Shown here piece after piece: positions 60,190-64,000 of a stretch of DNA of 64,000 nucleotides. Every line of letters starts with the position of its first letter. Position 1 is the first letter of the stretch. Where the stretch lies: the NCBI GenBank assembly GCA_965214775.1, contig OZ243974.1, positions 2,272,001 to 2,336,000 of the forward strand, given 5' to 3'. Origin of the DNA: Nitrosopumilus sp. (GTDB lineage: Archaea > Thermoproteota > Nitrososphaeria > Nitrososphaerales > Nitrosopumilaceae). The notes under the pieces are model-generated. The model had not been told where the DNA came from and did not search any database. It saw only the letters and a program-made list of their open reading frames with translations. Made by a program: the position numbers and the translations under genes.

Positions 60190-61143
60190 ATGTCGGATGT
60201 CGTGGGATCCTCCGTGCCGATAGGGCGCCGCCTTTGGCGCATGATGGATGCGGTCACGTGTGTGTGGGGGAGGGGCAGGAGGAGCGCCCGTGCGCTCCTC
60301 TTCAGCACCCTGCCGGACTTTCTGATTATAGGGGCCGCCAAGTCAGGCACCACGTCGCTTTACGGCCTGATAAGCGCGCATCCACACGTGCTTCCGGCGC
60401 GGATCAAGGAGATAGAATACTTTGCCCCCACGGGAATATACTTGTCTGGCCCGACGTGGTACCGCGACCACTTTCCGACCGTACTTCATATGTATGGCTC
60501 TGCCCTGCTGCACGGACACCGGATGCTGACCGGCGAGGCCACCGCCGTCTACATGTTCCATCCAGACGTGCCGGGCCGGGTCAGGGACTTGCTTCCAAAC
60601 GTCAGGCTGATAGCCATACTGCGCAATCCCGTAGATCGCGCCTATTCGGAGTACAACATGCGACTCGGGAGGGGAAACGAGTCGCTGACCTTTGAGGACG
60701 CAATAGCCGCAGAGCGTAACAGGGCATCGTATGGGGAGACATCGGATTCCAGATCCCAGTACAACCTCTATCACTCCTATCTGGGCAGGGGCCGCTATGC
60801 CGAGCAGCTGATCCGCTGGTACAAGTGCTTTGACAGGAACCGTCTTCTGATCCTGACGACCGAGGAGCTGGAGGACGACAGGCAGGGTATGCTTGACAGG
60901 GTCTTTGGGTTTCTGGGACTAAAGCCGTTTGAGGTGGGGGGGGGGTCAGACGGCCTGCCGGACTCGCCTTGGATGAAGAAGTACAAGTCCGAGCCGCCCC
61001 ATGCGGACGATCCCTTCAAACTCAACGTGGGAAGATACCCCGCGATGAGACGCGACACGCGGAGGATGCTGGTTGACTATTTTCGCCCGTACAACGAGCG
61101 GCTGTCTGAGCTTCTGGGGCGTGGCTTTGACTGGGATCGGTGA
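60190..61143 (+). CDS. PAPS-dependent sulfotransferase (heparan-sulfate sulfotransferase-like motifs)
   Basis: 5-prime PSB LPDFLIIGAAKSGTTSL, KE..YF, 3-prime PB LRNPVDRAYS, FRPYN..L..LLG..FDW; visibly GC-rich. Confidence 0.93.
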   Translation: MSDVVGSSVPIGRRLWRMMDAVTCVWGRGRRSARALLFSTLPDFLIIGAAKSGTTSLYGLISAHPHVLPARIKEIEYFAPTGIYLSGPTWYRDHFPTVLHMYGSALLHGHRMLTGEATAVYMFHPDVPGRVRDLLPNVRLIAILRNPVDRAYSEYNMRLGRGNESLTFEDAIAAERNRASYGETSDSRSQYNLYHSYLGRGRYAEQLIRWYKCFDRNRLLILTTEELEDDRQGMLDRVFGFLGLKPFEVGGGSDGLPDSPWMKKYKSEPPHADDPFKLNVGRYPAMRRDTRRMLVDYFRPYNERLSELLGRGFDWDR

Positions 61144-61235
61144 CCAGTGCCCGGCACAATGCGATCTAGGCCGCATATCGGAGGGGACTCGAATCCGCCA
61201 TGTGCGGGGTCGGGCCCCGGCCGGACTGAGTACAG

Positions 61236-62408
61236 AGGGTTAATTCGAAATTAGCAAATTTTGATCAAATGGGAACATAATGTACACCAACCCGATCCAA
61301 ATGCCAGTAAAATGTACATAATTCATGAAGTTATTTGATAAATTGTCAAAAACTCCAGACATTCAAGAAGATGTTTGCCGGCATGACTGCCCCCGAATTT
61401 GATTTGTTGTATGCAAAGGTGGCAAAAAAAAACACCCAAAGATGGACAGAAAGAGGCTTTCTGCTTTCTGCCAAAAAAGACCGCAAGCGTGATATCATCG
61501 GTGCAGGACGCCCGACTGCCCTCAGCCTGAAGGAGAGTCTTCTGCTGTCCCTGTTCTACTACAGGACGTACGTCACACAGGACGTGGCATCTGCCATGTT
61601 CGGAATAGGACAGGCATCAGTCTCGCGCTCGATAGACAGGATTGCGCCGGTTCTCAAAAAGTGCCTGTCGATCCCCGAAAAGATCTATTCGGGCACCAAG
61701 AGAATATCCTCAGTAGAGGAGCTAATGGACGTATTGCCAGAACTTGTCTGCCTGACAGATGCCTCAGAACAAAAGATATGCAGGCCCAAGAGAAAGGACA
61801 TGGAGAAATCGCACTATTTAGGCAAGGCAGGCACGCACACAGTCAAGGTCCAGTACACCACCAACATCCACGGACTCAGTACACAAGACACACCCCACTC
61901 TCCGGGACGCGTAAACGACATCACGATGTACCAGATGAGGCATCCCACGTTCCGGTACGACCAAAGAAAGGAAAAAGAGAAGGAGAAAAAGTGTCCCGGC
62001 GGCAGCGGGGATGGTGATGCGCCACAACAACAACAAAAGAGCACAAAGCTTCGTCACTACATGGACCGCGGATACCAGGAAGCACAGTTAGTGGATGCAG
62101 GCACGGACATCATACTCCCAATCAAGAAAAAACCGGGCGGCAAGCTCACTGATGCGCAAAAAAGAGTACAATATCACGCACTCAAAGATACGTGTGTACG
62201 TGGAGAACACCATACGCAGGGTCAAAACATACAGAATAATGGGCGACCGGTACCGAAACCCACTCAAAAAGTACGACCTTGCCAACAGTATCGTGTACGG
62301 ACTGGTCAACGATAGGGCGTTGGCCAGAATCGCTGCTGCGGCCTAATGAGTGGCGGCAGCAGAACGGCTGCGGACGGGGCGCTCGATTTCTAATTTCGGA
62401 TCACCTCT
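61236..62408 (+). mobile_element. Second IS5-family (DDE_Tnp_4) element, degenerate
   Basis: 19-bp IR with 15/19 match (AGGGTTAATTCGAAATTAG), CAG duplicated. Confidence 0.8.
61335..62346 (+). pseudogene. Frameshifted DDE_Tnp_4 transposase
   Basis: FGIGQASVSR, DASEQ...RP, G..ND, MDRGY; C-terminal R.YVEN.I..VK lies in another frame after the A run near 62160. Confidence 0.85.
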
Positions 62409-62411
62409 CAG

Positions 62412-62564
62412 GGACGACATATGGTGCGAGAGAAGGGACTTTACATTGTTGCTGGTAGTATGCGGGCTTCTCATGGCTTCCAGAAGAAACCTTGCAGAGT
62501 ACGGGTTTGCCGGCCCGCCGCCGTAGGGCCGCGGTGGCTTTTGGGGTTACATTTCCGTCTACTG
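62412..62564 (+). mobile_element. 3-prime end remnant of a diverged ISH3 copy
   Basis: Aligns with 21451-21611 and ends in TACATTTCCGTCTACTG. Confidence 0.88.
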
Positions 62565-62640
62565 TTTATGCATAATCGGTGCAGATCTGGGATTATTACG
62601 AACAAATTCATCTTATTCAGGTCGATTACGCATAAAGTCT
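62565..62640. mobile_element. Second ISL2-type MITE with its left TIR clipped by the ISH3 end
   Basis: Internal sequence matches 59446-59524; perfect right TIR CGATTACGCATAAAGTCT. Confidence 0.85.
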
Positions 62641-62663
62641 AACAGTGTTTTGTCTAGTTATTT

Positions 62664-62930
62664 ATGCAAGTACGTTTTTGGGATGTTGTGGGATTGCTTT
62701 ATACGAAATTTTATATGGATTTTGATGAAGGGGAATGGAGGCAGATTTCCAATGAACCTGTCGCTTTTCAAACAGTCAAGGACTCTGTCTCACTAGAGGT
62801 AGAGGACACTTCTCACAAGTTTCACAAATTACATTTTAAGGAGGGAGGCAAAATCAGGCTTTTGCGGGTTACGGGAAAATTCCGCCTTCTCTGGGATGAC
62901 GAGGACGTCCTTGACCAAAAAAAATTATAA
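62664..62930 (+). CDS. Hypothetical protein
   Basis: 88-aa ORF with host-like composition; start uncertain. Confidence 0.62.
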   Translation: MQVRFWDVVGLLYTKFYMDFDEGEWRQISNEPVAFQTVKDSVSLEVEDTSHKFHKLHFKEGGKIRLLRVTGKFRLLWDDEDVLDQKKL

Positions 62931-62953
62931 CCTGCGACTCTGCCTTCTGCAAT

Positions 62954-64000
62954 AGACTTTATGCGTAATCGGCCCATCTGATCTAAAAATACGACACAAT
63001 AGATCATTATTTGCACACCAACAACCCTAAAGATCTGTATGATTCCCTAACTGTATGGGCTCAAATGACAAGACTCTCCAAGCATTTCAAGCGTTACAAG
63101 CGCAACACGAGATGCTAGTCGAGCAACACGAGATGCTAGTCGAGCAACACGAGCAGGTATCCAAGCAAAACAAACAGATGTCCAAGCAAAACGAGCGTAT
63201 GAGGAAGCAGCTTGCGTTTGAGGACTCACTGTGGCAGTCCGAAGAAAACAAGACAAAAAGAGTCGTGCGCGGCGGGACGCCTCTGCGGATGCACGCAATC
63301 GAGGTTGCAGACGGCATAATCGGCGATCCGGTGCGCCTTCGCAACGTCACGGGATGCACAAAGGAGTCATTTACGATCATACTGGAGCGCTTTACGGAAG
63401 AAGTCATGGTCGACGAGGACAGACCCCTGTTCTGGGAGGACGACGTAAGAGGCGGCGATGCCGGAAACCGGTGCAAACTGTACATCAGGCACGCGCTGCT
63501 TGCAGTACTCATGAGCATAAGGACCAAGGCAACGCAGCATCATCTGGCCGCAACGTTTGACGTCGACCAGTCCACAATGTCCAGGTACCTCCGGTACGGT
63601 GCCGTGTTACTGCGCCGGCTCCTGCCTGCCTCCGAAAAGCTAACAAGCATCATCTGCAAGACCCCGGCAGGCAAGCTGGAGGAGGTGCTGATCCCAAAAA
63701 AGACGCTCCTGATTGACGGCACCCTGACTCCGGTAGACAGGCCCGGGGACAGGACCGCAAGAAAGACCAGATACTCGGGAAGAAAAAAGCGGCACATGTT
63801 CAACACGATAATTACCTCGAACCTGGACGGCCTCATACTGCACTGCGGCAAGACTGTGGACGGAAGCGTCAACGACAAGGGCGTGATGAACGCAGGGGGC
63901 GGCCCGGACTTTGGAAGGCACACCGGATCAATGAGGAATGCAAAAAACGCAGACGATCCGGAAGAGGCGTTTGTGATTTACAGCGACCTGGGATTTGAGG
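62954..64000 (+). mobile_element. IS5-family (ISL2-group) element, copy 4, running off the window; transposase starts at 63055
   Basis: Left TIR after AAT; near-identical to copies 1-3. Confidence 0.96.

Overview
Chromosomal segment of an ammonia-oxidising archaeon (Nitrosopumilaceae-like gene set: CdvA, two-domain ThyX, proteasome beta, FEN1, EF-2, futalosine-pathway MqnE/MqnD, tRNA-Ser(CGA)). The AT-rich backbone is heavily invaded by GC-richer insertion sequences: four near-identical copies of an IS5/ISL2-type (DDE_Tnp_4) element with ANT target duplications, two IS630-type families, ISH3, a single-ORF IS66, IS6 and IS5 remnants, and at least eight MITEs, several nested. The IS load suggests a host-associated lineage such as a sponge symbiont (inference). 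The most unusual observations are: (i) a perfect 37-bp direct repeat around a 35-bp unrelated segment inside an IS6 transposase gene, matching the geometry of one CRISPR spacer-acquisition event, with a second similar unit inside an IS630 composite; (ii) two different ISH3-type MITEs stacked at one TGATT target; (iii) IS630-type elements that carry their terminal TA and duplicate CG/ACG or TGT rather than TA, one built from two inverted left ends; (iv) four-gamete mosaicism among the IS5/ISL2 copies; (v) a GC-rich sulfotransferase gene bracketed by mobile-element ends. No cas genes and no true CRISPR array were seen. All coordinates were read by eye and no database search was run.
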